Origin: an uncultured bacterium
GTDB lineage: Bacteria; Patescibacteriota; JABMPQ01; CAVVCK01
Assembly: GCA_963746775.1 (NCBI GenBank)
Contig: CAVVCK010000001.1
Span: 19,050 to 83,049, forward strand
Reading direction: 5' to 3'
Length of the DNA stretch: 64,000 bases
Shown: one piece after another, positions 30,525 to 41,063 of the stretch
How the letters are laid out: the number at the start of each line of letters is the position of its first letter
Numbering within the stretch: the first letter of the stretch is position 1
Notes under the pieces: generated by a model
Told to the model about the DNA's origin: nothing
Databases searched by the model: none
What the model saw: the letters and a program-made list of their open reading frames with translations, nothing else
Position numbers and translations under genes: made by a program

Positions 30525-31172
30525 TTATATATTTCTAATTTTTCCTAAATTACCTCTTATTTTTTTCTTTTTTAATTTAATATTTGAAAAAATAAACAAA
30601 AAGATAAATACAGATACTAGAATCACTACAAAGACTAGTGAACTATATTTATTTTTTTCATTATTTCCCATCTTATATTCTCCTAAAATAGCTGCCATCA
30701 AAGCCTTATTTCCTTTTTCTAATCCTTCCAAGTACATACTCTCCTGAAAGCTAGGACTTATTTCATTTTCAATGATGTTTTGATTAATTTCAGAAGTAAC
30801 TGTACTTAATAGCCCATACCCGACTTTAATATATATTTTCTTATCTTGCAAGCAAACAACGATTAATACTCCATCATCCTTGTCTCTGCCTACTCTCCAT
30901 TTATCATAAAGTTTGTCTGCATATCTATCAATACTGGCATCTTCCAAAGTATTTAAGACGGTGATATTTATTCTACTAGAAGTATTTTTTTCAAATTTCT
31001 CAATTTCTGCTTCTAGGGAAGAAGTATCACCTAAAACATTTGTAAAATCATTAACATATTCTTGTTTTTTTTCAGGATATAAAACTTGTGCACTGGAGAC
31101 AAGCGGAAACAAAATTAATATAGAAATTATAAATATTATCTTTTTCATATAGAAAAATAGATTATATACCAA
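30525..31172 (-). CDS. TPM-domain membrane protein
   Basis: YVNDFTNVL, DDGVLIVV, IKVGYGL; signal peptide and C-terminal TM; real start is probably MKKIIF. Confidence 0.85.
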   Translation of the reverse strand: MVYNLFFYMKKIIFIISILILFPLVSSAQVLYPEKKQEYVNDFTNVLGDTSSLEAEIEKFEKNTSSRINITVLNTLEDASIDRYADKLYDKWRVGRDKDDGVLIVVCLQDKKIYIKVGYGLLSTVTSEINQNIIENEISPSFQESMYLEGLEKGNKALMAAILGEYKMGNNEKNKYSSLVFVVILVSVFIFLFIFSNIKLKKKKIRGNLGKIRNI

Positions 31173-31947
31173 ATTGCTTTTCTAAAGAATTAATCTTTTC
31201 TAAAAATTCAGAAGACTTTATTTTTTTATTCATTAAATATAATATGTAGCGATCAATCAATTCTTTTATAATAAATCCTTGTTTGTTTTCTATCTTAAGA
31301 CTAATTAAAACCTCCGTGTTGCCTCTATATATTTTATCAATCAAGCTCACAATAACCTCGTCTACCTGATAAGAATATGCTCTGCTGTCATTATCACAAT
31401 TAGAACAAATAAAACCTCCTGAAGTAAAATCAAAATAATTACTATCTTTAATTATATTTTTTCCACATTTCACACAACTCCCTACCTCTGGCAAAAATCC
31501 CAACAAGCTTAGGAGCTTTAATTCAAAAGACCAAAATAAAACTCTAATTTGTATCAAATTTTCAATATCAGGTACATTCAAAGTTATAAAAAAATAGTAC
31601 AATAATCTATAAATTCTGGTATCTTTATAATCTTCTAATAAAAAATTATCCAAAAGCTCACTGGCATAAAAAGCTATACCTGTTTTTGTAAGATTACTTT
31701 TTATGTTTTTAAAACTATCTAACGCATTAGCATAAACTAGAGTGGGCATGCTCTTACCTTTTGCTAAAACCAGATTTGAATTTGTGAATAAATCTAAATG
31801 ACCTCCTAATTTTGAATTTATCTTACCCGTACTTCTACCATAAGCCTGTATTTTTCCTAAATTATCAGTAATAATAGTAAAAATCTTGTCAGCTTCTCTT
31901 ACTTTTTTATTTTTTATAATAATACCCCTTGCTCTAAATGTAGGCAC
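31162..31947 (-). CDS. recO: DNA repair protein RecO
   Basis: EADKIFTIIT..LGKI OB fold; CVKC...CSNC zinc finger. Confidence 0.9.
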   Translation of the reverse strand: MPTFRARGIIIKNKKVREADKIFTIITDNLGKIQAYGRSTGKINSKLGGHLDLFTNSNLVLAKGKSMPTLVYANALDSFKNIKSNLTKTGIAFYASELLDNFLLEDYKDTRIYRLLYYFFITLNVPDIENLIQIRVLFWSFELKLLSLLGFLPEVGSCVKCGKNIIKDSNYFDFTSGGFICSNCDNDSRAYSYQVDEVIVSLIDKIYRGNTEVLISLKIENKQGFIIKELIDRYILYLMNKKIKSSEFLEKINSLEKQFGI

Positions 31948-31949
31948 GT

Positions 31950-34900
31950 TTATTTTTTTACTCCTAATTTTATTTTCATCTTGTTAATCTCAAATTCTTT
32001 TTCCAAATCCATCTTTCCATTTTCCACTATCTCCTCAGCCAAGACTTCTTTTTTAATAATTGTGCTTATTTCTTCCAGATCTATACCACTAATTTTTATT
32101 TTAATCCTATCTTCAACATTATAACCTGCTTCTTTCCGCATTTCTTGAATATGTCTAATAATATCACGAGCAACACCTTCTTTTTCTAGCTCAGGTGTTA
32201 TATTAGTATCCAAAATAACTACTAATTCCCCGTCAACTTGAATCTCAATATTTTTATGCCCTTCCTTCGACTCATAATTCATTTCCCATTCATCAGATAG
32301 CAATGTATATTTATTTAAAATTAAATTATCACCTGTCACTTTATATTTACCTTGACCAAATAATTTCTGAATTTCTTTCAAATCAGCACCATATTTTTTC
32401 CCTAATATTGGAAAATTCAATTTAACCTTAGTTTCAACATATTTTTCCATCATTGACTTACTTTCAAATTCATCAAATAACTGAACATTTTTCACATTAA
32501 GTTCATTAACCAATAATTTAACCAAATCCTCGCCTAATTTAGTACCACCTATTATTTTTATATCATTTAACGGTTGTCTGGCTTTAATATGAGCTTTATC
32601 ACGAGCAGCATGACCTAGCGTCACAACCCGCAAAACTATATCCATTTCTGTATTTAATTTCTTATCAATTAATTCATTATCAACTTTAGGCCAATCTTCT
32701 AAATGGACTGATTCATTCCCTGTTAAATTTCTATAAATATCTTCAGTTAGAAATGGAAGCATGGGCGATAATATCTTTGATAACTCTATTAAACAAGTAT
32801 GAAGTGTCTGATAAGCTTCTGATTTATCCTTATCATTTTCAGACTTCCAAAATCTTCTACGTGATTGCCTTACATACCAATTAGATAAATTATCAATAAA
32901 TTTCTCCACTTTCTCCATTACCTTGTAGACTCTAAATTCATCTAAATTTTCTTCAGCATTTTTAATTAATTCATGAAGGCTCGAAATAATCCACTTATCT
33001 AATAAATTATTTGATTCTAAATTCTTGATTCCCCCTACGGGGCTCGTAAAGCTAGATTCTTGATTCTCCCATTTATCAATATTAGCATACATAATAAAGA
33101 AAGAATAAGTATTCCATAATGTTATAATCCTCTTTTTAACCTCATCAGCAACTTTATAGCCAAACCTCAAATTAAATTCGGGGTTTTGTGAACAATATAA
33201 AAAGCGCATAATATCTACTCCCATTTTATCGGCCGCCTCATCAAACCAAATAGCATTACCTTTTGATTTATGCATTTCTTCGCCCTTATCATCACGAACC
33301 AAAGAATGACCTAGTAATGTCTTAAAGGGATTGGTATTTTCTAAAACAGTACTCATCGCTATTAACGAATAAAACCAATTTTTAAACTGGCCAGGAAAAC
33401 ACTCCGTAATAAAATCTGCCGGAAACCATTTTTCCCAATATTCATGGTCTTCAAAATATTTCATAGTTGAAAAAGGCACAATACCAGCATCAAGCCAGGG
33501 ATTACCAACATCAGGAATACGTGATATTTTTTTACCGCATTTTGAACATTTAATTTTTACTTTATCAATAAAGGGCTTATGAGGAGAATTTCCTTCAAAT
33601 TCTTCCCATCCCTCTACTGCCTTCTCTTTTAATTCTTTTTTTGATCCAATTACTTCGAAATGTCCGCAAGAACATTCGTAAATAGGTAGAGCCAATCCCC
33701 AATAACGTTTTTTTGATATCATCCAATCATCCATATTTTTCAACCAATCCAACTCTCTATCCAGACCAAAAGATGGAATCCATTTTATCTTTTTAGCTAC
33801 TTCCATCATTTTTGGACGTAATTTATCCATTGATATATACCATTCATTTACTACCCGCCAAACTAACTCCTCCTTACAGCGCCAACAAGTAGGATATCTG
33901 TGGGTATAATTTTGAATTTTAAATAAATATTTACCATTCTCTTTATTCTTCAAATATTCAAATATAATTTTAGGATTTTGCTTAGCATTCTTCCCACTAA
34001 ATTCATTCATCCCATCTAAATAGATGGCTTCATCATTAATAACTGCTATAACTGGCAAATTCTTATCCTTACTTAATTTAAAATCTTCAGCTCCAGCACC
34101 TGGAGCTATATGTACAATACCAGTACCCTCCTCAGCAGTTACTAATTCTTCTGCTTCAATCACAGTATGAAATGTCTGATTATTTTCATCTCTGGCTTCT
34201 TTTACTCTATCTAAATAATCAAAGGGTCCCTCATATTTTAAACCCACCAAATCCCTACCCTTAAACTCTTTTTCTAACTCGTATTCATCTTTTAATACCT
34301 TCTCGGCTAAATCCTTCAACATAATTAAACTTTCTTGGCCATTATTATATAATCCATATTTAAAATCAGGATGAATGGCAACTGCAACATTAGCAGGAAT
34401 TGTCCAAGGTGTAGTAGTCCAAACTAAGAATTTTGTATTTTCAAATTTACTATCTAAAATTGGCAATTTAAAAAATACAGAATCATGCGTTATTTGTTTG
34501 TATTCTTCAGTTAAAATTTCATGCTGTGAAATAGCAGTAGCACATCTCGGACACCAAGGTACACTATCTTTGCCTTTGTATAAATATCCTTTTTCCTTAC
34601 ACTTTTTCAGAAAATGCCAAATAGTATAATTATTAACATCAGACATAGTATAATAGGAATTCTCCCAATCCATCCATTGACCCAATCTTATTGATTGCTC
34701 AGTTTGAATATCTGAATATTTTTTAACCCTATCCTTACATTTTTGTACAAATTCGGCTACCCCATATTCTTCAATATCTTTCTTAGTTTTAAATCCTAAT
34801 TCTTTTTCAACTTCTACTTCCACCCAAAGACCCTGACAATCAAAACCATTTTGATACCTCAAATCATAACCTTGCATAGCTTTATATCTCTGAAAAGTAT

Positions 34901-35096
34901 CTTTGAGAGTTCTTCCCCAAGCATGGTGGACTCCCATAGGATTATTCGCAGTTATTGGACCATCCAAAAAAGACCAAGGCTTATTGCCCTTATTTTTCTC
35001 TTGAAGTTTCTGGAAAGTATTATTACTTTTCCAATAATCTAGAACTTCGTGCTCTAATTTTACAAAATCTTGCTTAGGATTAACGGATTTAAACAT
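31950..35096 (-). CDS. ileS: Isoleucine--tRNA ligase, type 2
   Basis: DGPITANNPMGVHH, WTTTPWT, GTGIVHIAPG, EMHKSKGN, type-2 C-terminus. Confidence 0.95.
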   Translation of the reverse strand: MFKSVNPKQDFVKLEHEVLDYWKSNNTFQKLQEKNKGNKPWSFLDGPITANNPMGVHHAWGRTLKDTFQRYKAMQGYDLRYQNGFDCQGLWVEVEVEKELGFKTKKDIEEYGVAEFVQKCKDRVKKYSDIQTEQSIRLGQWMDWENSYYTMSDVNNYTIWHFLKKCKEKGYLYKGKDSVPWCPRCATAISQHEILTEEYKQITHDSVFFKLPILDSKFENTKFLVWTTTPWTIPANVAVAIHPDFKYGLYNNGQESLIMLKDLAEKVLKDEYELEKEFKGRDLVGLKYEGPFDYLDRVKEARDENNQTFHTVIEAEELVTAEEGTGIVHIAPGAGAEDFKLSKDKNLPVIAVINDEAIYLDGMNEFSGKNAKQNPKIIFEYLKNKENGKYLFKIQNYTHRYPTCWRCKEELVWRVVNEWYISMDKLRPKMMEVAKKIKWIPSFGLDRELDWLKNMDDWMISKKRYWGLALPIYECSCGHFEVIGSKKELKEKAVEGWEEFEGNSPHKPFIDKVKIKCSKCGKKISRIPDVGNPWLDAGIVPFSTMKYFEDHEYWEKWFPADFITECFPGQFKNWFYSLIAMSTVLENTNPFKTLLGHSLVRDDKGEEMHKSKGNAIWFDEAADKMGVDIMRFLYCSQNPEFNLRFGYKVADEVKKRIITLWNTYSFFIMYANIDKWENQESSFTSPVGGIKNLESNNLLDKWIISSLHELIKNAEENLDEFRVYKVMEKVEKFIDNLSNWYVRQSRRRFWKSENDKDKSEAYQTLHTCLIELSKILSPMLPFLTEDIYRNLTGNESVHLEDWPKVDNELIDKKLNTEMDIVLRVVTLGHAARDKAHIKARQPLNDIKIIGGTKLGEDLVKLLVNELNVKNVQLFDEFESKSMMEKYVETKVKLNFPILGKKYGADLKEIQKLFGQGKYKVTGDNLILNKYTLLSDEWEMNYESKEGHKNIEIQVDGELVVILDTNITPELEKEGVARDIIRHIQEMRKEAGYNVEDRIKIKISGIDLEEISTIIKKEVLAEEIVENGKMDLEKEFEINKMKIKLGVKK

Positions 35097-35345
35097 AATA
35101 TTATTAAATGACTAATAACTAAATTAAAACAAGTACTTAATTAATTATTTTATTATTGAATTTCTAATATCTAATATCCAATACCTAATAAAATTTTTAA
35201 TGCTAAAATTTAAATAACAAACAATCTCTAATTATTTATTTGTCATTTTAGTTTTTTATTAGAAATTGGTAATTAAAAATTATGAATTACAAACCATAAT
35301 CAGTACAAAAACTGAATTTAAATATTTAGATCAAATTTACTCAAG

Positions 35346-36722
35346 CTAAACTATACATACCATAACTATATCTCCCACATTTATTCCAGTATACCCAGTC
35401 TTAATAAGTTCATCAAGTCCTTTAAAAAATTTATAGGAATCATTATTGGCTAAAAATTTATCTATATTAATTTTTTCACTTGAAATTCTATTTAATGTCA
35501 CTATATCAGCTATCGCTCCTGCCACAGGCTCAGGAGTTTGCCCATCTACACCATCTGTAGCAAAAGACACTAATGTTATATCTTCTTTTAAATTTTTTAC
35601 TCCCGCCATAACTAATTCTTGATTTCTGCCACCACAGCCATTTCCTTTTAAATTAAGAGTTGTTTCCCCTCCAGCAATTAAAATAGCTGGCTTTTTAGCC
35701 GGTTTATTATTTTTTTTCACTTTAATAGCCAGAGATATTAAATCTTTGGCAACTCTATGCACTTCTCCCTGAAGAAAACTACTTACTATATAACAATTAT
35801 AACCTAATTTGCTTATTTTATGGCAAGCTATAGCTAAAGCCTTCTTGTTACCGCTAATAATATAGTTGAACACTTTATTTGTTCTAAATATTTTATTACT
35901 ACTTTTAGGAGTTTCTAGGGTTTTATCGTTTAAACCAAAATTAAGATGTTCTTCAATAGATTTTGGAATTTTAGACCAAATTTTATACTTTTTTAAAATA
36001 TTTACTGCTTCCTTAAAAGTAGAATCATCCGCTGCTGTTGGCCCCGAAGCAATAGTATCTAACCTATCACCTACCACATCAGAGACATATAGAGAAACAA
36101 TTGTTGCTGGATATGCAATTTCTGCCATTCTACCACCTTTAATTTGGGAAATATGTTTTCTAACTATATTTATTTCTGTTATCGGAGCTCTAGATTTTAC
36201 TAATAGACTAGAAATTAATTTTAAATCTTCTAAATTTATCTCCTCGACCGGTAGTGGCATCAAGGCAGAACCTCCGCCTGATATTAAATTTATTATTAAA
36301 TCCTCTTTGTCAGCTTTTCTTAAAATTTCTGCTATTTTTCTAGACCCTTTAATACCTGCCTTATCTGGTATAGGATGAGAAGCAATATTTATATTTATAT
36401 ATTTTAATTTTTTACCTAGAATTTCTGGAACATTAATTAATCCATCTTTTATCCTCCTAGTTAAAATTTTCTCTAAAGATAAAGCCATATAATAGGTTGC
36501 CTTACCAGCGCCTACTACATATATATTTTTATACTTCTTTAAATTAAATTTTTTTCCTTCAATTTTTAAATTACTGTCCTGTAAAATAACACTATTTTTT
36601 ATTATTTTTTCAGGATTAATTTCCTTAATTACTTTTTCTAAAATATCCAATAAATCACCTCTAACTTTTCTCTGTTCGGGTGTTTTTCCGTTTGCAATTA
36701 ATTGTTTTTTATTTTTGATCAT
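35346..36722 (-). CDS. Glycerate 2-kinase (MOFRL/GckA type)
   Basis: VGAGKA, ISGGGSAL, IASGPT, GGETT, GGRNQE, TGINVGD. Confidence 0.9.
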   Translation of the reverse strand: MIKNKKQLIANGKTPEQRKVRGDLLDILEKVIKEINPEKIIKNSVILQDSNLKIEGKKFNLKKYKNIYVVGAGKATYYMALSLEKILTRRIKDGLINVPEILGKKLKYININIASHPIPDKAGIKGSRKIAEILRKADKEDLIINLISGGGSALMPLPVEEINLEDLKLISSLLVKSRAPITEINIVRKHISQIKGGRMAEIAYPATIVSLYVSDVVGDRLDTIASGPTAADDSTFKEAVNILKKYKIWSKIPKSIEEHLNFGLNDKTLETPKSSNKIFRTNKVFNYIISGNKKALAIACHKISKLGYNCYIVSSFLQGEVHRVAKDLISLAIKVKKNNKPAKKPAILIAGGETTLNLKGNGCGGRNQELVMAGVKNLKEDITLVSFATDGVDGQTPEPVAGAIADIVTLNRISSEKINIDKFLANNDSYKFFKGLDELIKTGYTGINVGDIVMVCIV

Positions 36723-36809
36723 TTATTTAGATAGACATTAGCAAATTAGACATTGGTCATCAGCTCACATTTTAATAATATTTGCTAATTACTAATGTCT
36801 AATGTCAAA

Positions 36810-37952
36810 TTAACTCATTATTTTATTATAAACTTCTAAGGTTTCTACCGCGCATTTCTCCCAAGAAAACTTTTTAACACGGACGTATCCTTTTTGCATT
36901 AAACTTCTTCTTAAATTTTCATCGCCTAGCATTTTTTTTATAGCTTGCATTATAGAAGAAGATTTGTAGGGATCAACTAATAAAGCTGCTTCCCCTGCTA
37001 TTTCTTTAGTGGATGTTATATTTGAAGTAATCACTGGCGTTCCTTGCTGCATAGCCTCCAGTATTGATAAACCAAAGCCCTCGTAAAAGGAAGGAAAACA
37101 AAAACAAGAAGCAGCGTTAAGTAATCTAATTTTATCTTCCTTAGTTATATAATTAGTAAAAATAACTTTTTTGGTTAGTCCTTTTTCTCTTACTTTTTCA
37201 AATATACTCTCATAATTCCATCCTTTTTTGCCAGCAATAACTAATTGATAATTTTCAAATACTTTAGTACCTCTCAATCTATCAAAAGCCGATATTAAAC
37301 CTCCTATATTCTTCCTAGGCTGAAGAGTTCCAATAAATAAAATAAAGTCTTGTTTTATATCAAATTTTTGCTTAATTTTCTCTTTGTCTTCTGGATTTTT
37401 ATTACCAACGTCTTCTCTCTCTTCTATACCGTTCAAAACTACTGCAATTTTTTCTGCTGAAATTTTTAGAATATTTATCAAATCAGCTTTAGTATATTCA
37501 GAGACGGCAATTATTTTTTTAGCTTTCTTTAAACTCTGAGGCACAGATATTTTAGTGCTAAAATATTGCTTAGGAAACCATTTGGGATTCTTATAAATAG
37601 CTAGATCATGAATAGTTATAACTGCATTTTTACTATAGGCTAGCGGAATAGTTGAGGCTGGAGAATGGAAAACATCTAAATTTTCTCGTGAAACAAAAGA
37701 AGATATTAATAAATGAGAATAAGCAATTGGTAAAAACTTCTTATATTCTTTGTAAGGGAAAAATTTAATCTCACTATTTTTTTGTTTAAAACTACCCGCA
37801 TCACCTACACCTTTGTCAAAAAATAAAATATATTTATTTTTTTTATCCAATTCCAAAAGGTTCTTAACCAAATGATAAGTATAATGACCAACACCAGCTG
37901 CCTCTCCTGCTTTAGGATCTAAGATTGTACGACAGTCGATACCGATTTTCAT
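36810..37952 (-). CDS. Glycosyltransferase family 4
   Basis: GTLQPRKN, PSFYEGFGLSILEAM. Confidence 0.92.
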   Translation of the reverse strand: MKIGIDCRTILDPKAGEAAGVGHYTYHLVKNLLELDKKNKYILFFDKGVGDAGSFKQKNSEIKFFPYKEYKKFLPIAYSHLLISSFVSRENLDVFHSPASTIPLAYSKNAVITIHDLAIYKNPKWFPKQYFSTKISVPQSLKKAKKIIAVSEYTKADLINILKISAEKIAVVLNGIEEREDVGNKNPEDKEKIKQKFDIKQDFILFIGTLQPRKNIGGLISAFDRLRGTKVFENYQLVIAGKKGWNYESIFEKVREKGLTKKVIFTNYITKEDKIRLLNAASCFCFPSFYEGFGLSILEAMQQGTPVITSNITSTKEIAGEAALLVDPYKSSSIMQAIKKMLGDENLRRSLMQKGYVRVKKFSWEKCAVETLEVYNKIMS

Positions 37953-37977
37953 ATCTTTAATATTAGTAATTGGATTT

Positions 37978-38025
37978 GTAGGGGCTCAAAATTTTAAGCC
38001 CCTACAGAAAATTTTGAGCCTCTAC
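37978..38025. repeat. GTAG-type REP
   Basis: GTAGGGGCTCAAAATTTTAAGCCCCTAC followed by a duplicated half AAAATTTTGAGCCTCTAC. Confidence 0.7.
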
Positions 38026-38062
38026 AAATAAATTTTTACCAACATATAATAACTACCAGCCT

Positions 38063-38740
38063 TTAAATAACATAATAGCTCTCCTCAAACTCCTTATCTT
38101 TATTTCCTACAAACTGTACTCTAAACCCTAAACTCTGTTTTTTAATTTCTTTCTTTATTTTATTAAAATCCTCATCCGAAATTTTCAACTCTTCTGCAAA
38201 TCTTTTCGCTTTCCCTTCAGCCTTAAATTGAAACAAACGCCACTTATATATATCTTCTGGCAGAACATTACTTATACTGCTTATAAAATACTTATTTTTA
38301 GAGGTTACTACCGTTGAGATTATAACTCGAATGGGACTTTTTTTCAATAAATAAAGTAAATTCATAATTTTTTTAAAATGTCCAGGCAAGCGCATCTTAC
38401 TATTAGTTTTTTCATCATACCCATCAAGCGGTAAATTAATTTGATCAACTATTTTTTCTAATATTTTTATTTTATCCCAATTTAGGAGTAAACCGTTAGT
38501 GTGTAAAATTACAAACATGCCCTTGTCTTTGGCATATTTTAATAATTTAAAGACAAAAGAACAAAGTAGTGGTTCCCCTCCAGTAAAAACAATCTTTTTA
38601 ATACCCCCTGAAACTGCTTCGTCAATTATTTTAATACCTTGTTTTTCTGTAATTCCACTATCACCTTTCTTCGGTCCAAAACAAAACTGACAATCCATAT
38701 TGCATTTGGGAGTTATATTGAGGACTAGTATTTTATTCAT
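38063..38740 (-). CDS. Radical SAM protein, viperin-like motifs
   Basis: CNMDCQFC, FTGGEPLL, TNG, KWRLFQF, C-terminal EESYYVI. Confidence 0.8.
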   Translation of the reverse strand: MNKILVLNITPKCNMDCQFCFGPKKGDSGITEKQGIKIIDEAVSGGIKKIVFTGGEPLLCSFVFKLLKYAKDKGMFVILHTNGLLLNWDKIKILEKIVDQINLPLDGYDEKTNSKMRLPGHFKKIMNLLYLLKKSPIRVIISTVVTSKNKYFISSISNVLPEDIYKWRLFQFKAEGKAKRFAEELKISDEDFNKIKKEIKKQSLGFRVQFVGNKDKEFEESYYVI

Positions 38741-38749
38741 AAAATATCT

Positions 38750-38781
38750 AAAAATGATTTATTTACCTGGCTTTAGTCAGC
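38750..38781. repeat. REP family A copy containing the RAYT-1 stop codon
   Basis: AAAAATGATTTATTTACCTGGCTTTAGTCAGC. Confidence 0.75.
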
Positions 38782-39307
38782 TCTTACCAGTTTTAAACTT
38801 AGAGCTATCTTCTAAATCTAATTTTATAACATTTTTAACTATTTCCACAGTAAATTCAAGTCCATGTTCTCTAACAGCTTGTGAAAAACTAGAATATGGC
38901 GATTTATTTAATTCGCTAAAATCCTGCACTTCTTTATATTTTAGCAAATTACCAATAATATATCCCCAAACATTATAGAACATTCTTTCTTCTAAAATAA
39001 TTTTTGTCCAATAATTATCCCATATCCTACGATTTATGCCATCTATTTTGTTTAACACAAATGAACTTCCACCGTTTATTACCCTGATAATATCTTTTAA
39101 CCTATTTTTATCTTCTAAATAAAATAATAAGTGATAATGATCATAAGCTATACTATAAGCATAGATAGAAATCTTAAATTTATTTTTTATATTATTTAAC
39201 TGCTTTAAAATAATATTTTTCTTTTTATTAGTATTAAAATATTTCTCATGATTAAAAGTTGGTGTGGTTAAAAAATAGTAAGAATTATTTAGAATAACTC
39301 GTGGCAT
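38777..39307 (-). mobile_element. REP-associated tyrosine transposase (RAYT-1, Y1 HUH family)
   Basis: YYFLTT, HYHLL HUH motif, IWDNYW, YIIGN, PYSSF; flanked by palindromic repeats. Confidence 0.8.
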
Positions 39308-39320
39308 ACAATTTTAATAT

Positions 39321-39490
39321 CCGGCTAAAGCCGGGGAAATTACTTTTTTAAAAATTCATTAAAGCGATTTGTTTTATATAAAAATGATTTATTCACCTGA
39401 CTTTAGTCAGCCTATTCTTAAAAGTGATTTATTTACCTAACTTTAGTCAGCCTATTCTTAAAAGTGATTTATTTACCTGACTTTAGTCAG
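39321..39490. repeat. REP family A cluster: one inverted copy plus three 40-nt tandem copies
   Basis: CCGGCTAAAGCCGG at 39321; AAARTGATTTATTYACCTRACTTTAGTCAG at a 40-nt period over 39381-39490. Confidence 0.85.
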
Positions 39491-39590
39491 TTATTTTATT
39501 ATACCAAATAACCATATACCTACACAAAATCTATTTTTCTGTTAAAATATTAGCATAATTAGTATTAATTAGTATATTAGCATCGACCCA

Positions 39591-40811
39591 ATGAAAATCC
39601 TCCTAGCCAATAAATTCTACTATCTAAAAGGCGGAGCCGAACGCCACTTATTTGATTTGAAAGAATTATTAGAAGAAAACGGTCACAAGACTATTCCTTT
39701 TGCTATGCAGGATAATAAAAACGTCAACTCATCTTATTCTAAATATTTGGTAAGCCCGGTTAATTTAGAAAAATCTAGCTTTTCTCTGGAAGGAATAAAA
39801 GCAGCCGGACGAATAATTTATTCTTTTGAAGCTAGATCAAAAATGGAGGATCTAATTAAGACCGAAAAACCTGATATAGCCCATATTCATAATATTTATC
39901 ATCAAATTTCGCCTTCTATTCTAACTCCGCTCAAAAAAGCAGGTATTCCTATTGTAATGACCGTCCATGATTTTAAATTGATGTGCCCTAATTATATTTT
40001 TTATACCCAAAATAGGGTTTGTGAGCGCTGCAAAAAATATAAATACTATAATTGTGTAATCCACAAATGTGTTAAAGATTCTTATGCAGCCAGCAAGATT
40101 AATATGCTAGAAATGTATTATCACAGATTTTTAAAGATTTATAAAAATAATATTGATTTATATATTACACCCAGCCAATTTGTCAAAGACAAACTTATAG
40201 AATTTGGCTTTAATAGAAATAAAATTGAAGTTTTACCTCATTTTATAAAACAAGAACAAATTATTGAACAAAACAATTATTCAGAAAATTATATCTTATA
40301 TTTTGGCCGCCTTTCTAAAGAAAAAGGACCAGTAGTTTTATTAAAAGCAATGCAAAAGGTTAAAAATATAAAATTAAAATTAGCTGGCACAGGACCGCAA
40401 GAAAAAGAATTAAAGGATTATGTACAAAAAAATAATATGGATAATGTTGAATTCTTGGGATATTTAAAAGGTGAAAAGCTTAAAGAAGCTATTCTAAATT
40501 CCCTTTTTGTAATTATGCCCTCGGTATTTTATGAGACTTTTGGTCTAACTGTGCTAGAATCTTATACCTATGGAAAATCTGTTATAGCCTCTAATATAGG
40601 TGCTCTGCCAGAATTAGTACAAGAAGGTAAAACTGGCCTATTGTTTGAAAGTGGTAACAGTGATAACTTAGCTCAAAAAATTAATAAAATGCTTCAAAGT
40701 AGAGAAAAAATAGAAAATATGGGAAGTATGGGAAAAGAATTTAGTAAGAAATTTAATAGAGATGATTATTATGAGAAAATAAAGGAAATTTATAAGAGAA
40801 TAACCGGCTAA
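39591..40811 (+). CDS. Glycosyltransferase family 4
   Basis: KGGAE, TVHDFKLMCP, GRLSKEKG, YETFGLTVLES. Confidence 0.92.
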   Translation: MKILLANKFYYLKGGAERHLFDLKELLEENGHKTIPFAMQDNKNVNSSYSKYLVSPVNLEKSSFSLEGIKAAGRIIYSFEARSKMEDLIKTEKPDIAHIHNIYHQISPSILTPLKKAGIPIVMTVHDFKLMCPNYIFYTQNRVCERCKKYKYYNCVIHKCVKDSYAASKINMLEMYYHRFLKIYKNNIDLYITPSQFVKDKLIEFGFNRNKIEVLPHFIKQEQIIEQNNYSENYILYFGRLSKEKGPVVLLKAMQKVKNIKLKLAGTGPQEKELKDYVQKNNMDNVEFLGYLKGEKLKEAILNSLFVIMPSVFYETFGLTVLESYTYGKSVIASNIGALPELVQEGKTGLLFESGNSDNLAQKINKMLQSREKIENMGSMGKEFSKKFNRDDYYEKIKEIYKRITG

Positions 40812-40927
40812 AGCCGGGAAAATAACTTTTTAAAACTTACTAATACAACTTACTTAATATAAAAAGTAATTTATTTACCTGGCTTTAGTCAGATTAAAAA
40901 TGTTTTATTGGCCTGGCTTTAGCCAGC
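40803..40927. repeat. REP family A cluster (inverted pair plus extra core)
   Basis: CCGGCTAAAGCCGGG, ATTTATTTACCTGGCTTTAGTCAG, CCTGGCTTTAGCCAG. Confidence 0.8.
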
Positions 40928-40945
40928 TTTTTATTTATTATTTCT

Positions 40946-40973
40946 AAAAAAATAGCCCCATCAGGGCTATTTT
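40946..40973. terminator. Terminator downstream of cassette A
   Basis: AAAATAGCCC-CATCA-GGGCTATTTT. Confidence 0.75.
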
Positions 40974-41063
40974 ATATTGAAACTAATTATATTAATTGGG
41001 AAGCCCACTTTCAAACGCTAATCCAGGACGGATCAACTAGGTGGGCAATTTTTCGGTAGGTTA

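Noticed and set aside
37680-37695. parS-like sequence ATTTTCTCGTGAAACA
   Set aside because: Three mismatches to TGTTTCACGTGAAACA, inside a CDS and far from parAB
39381-39490. Possible CRISPR array
   Set aside because: The three 40-nt units have identical linkers rather than unique spacers, no cas genes are present, and the unit is the REP flanking RAYT-1
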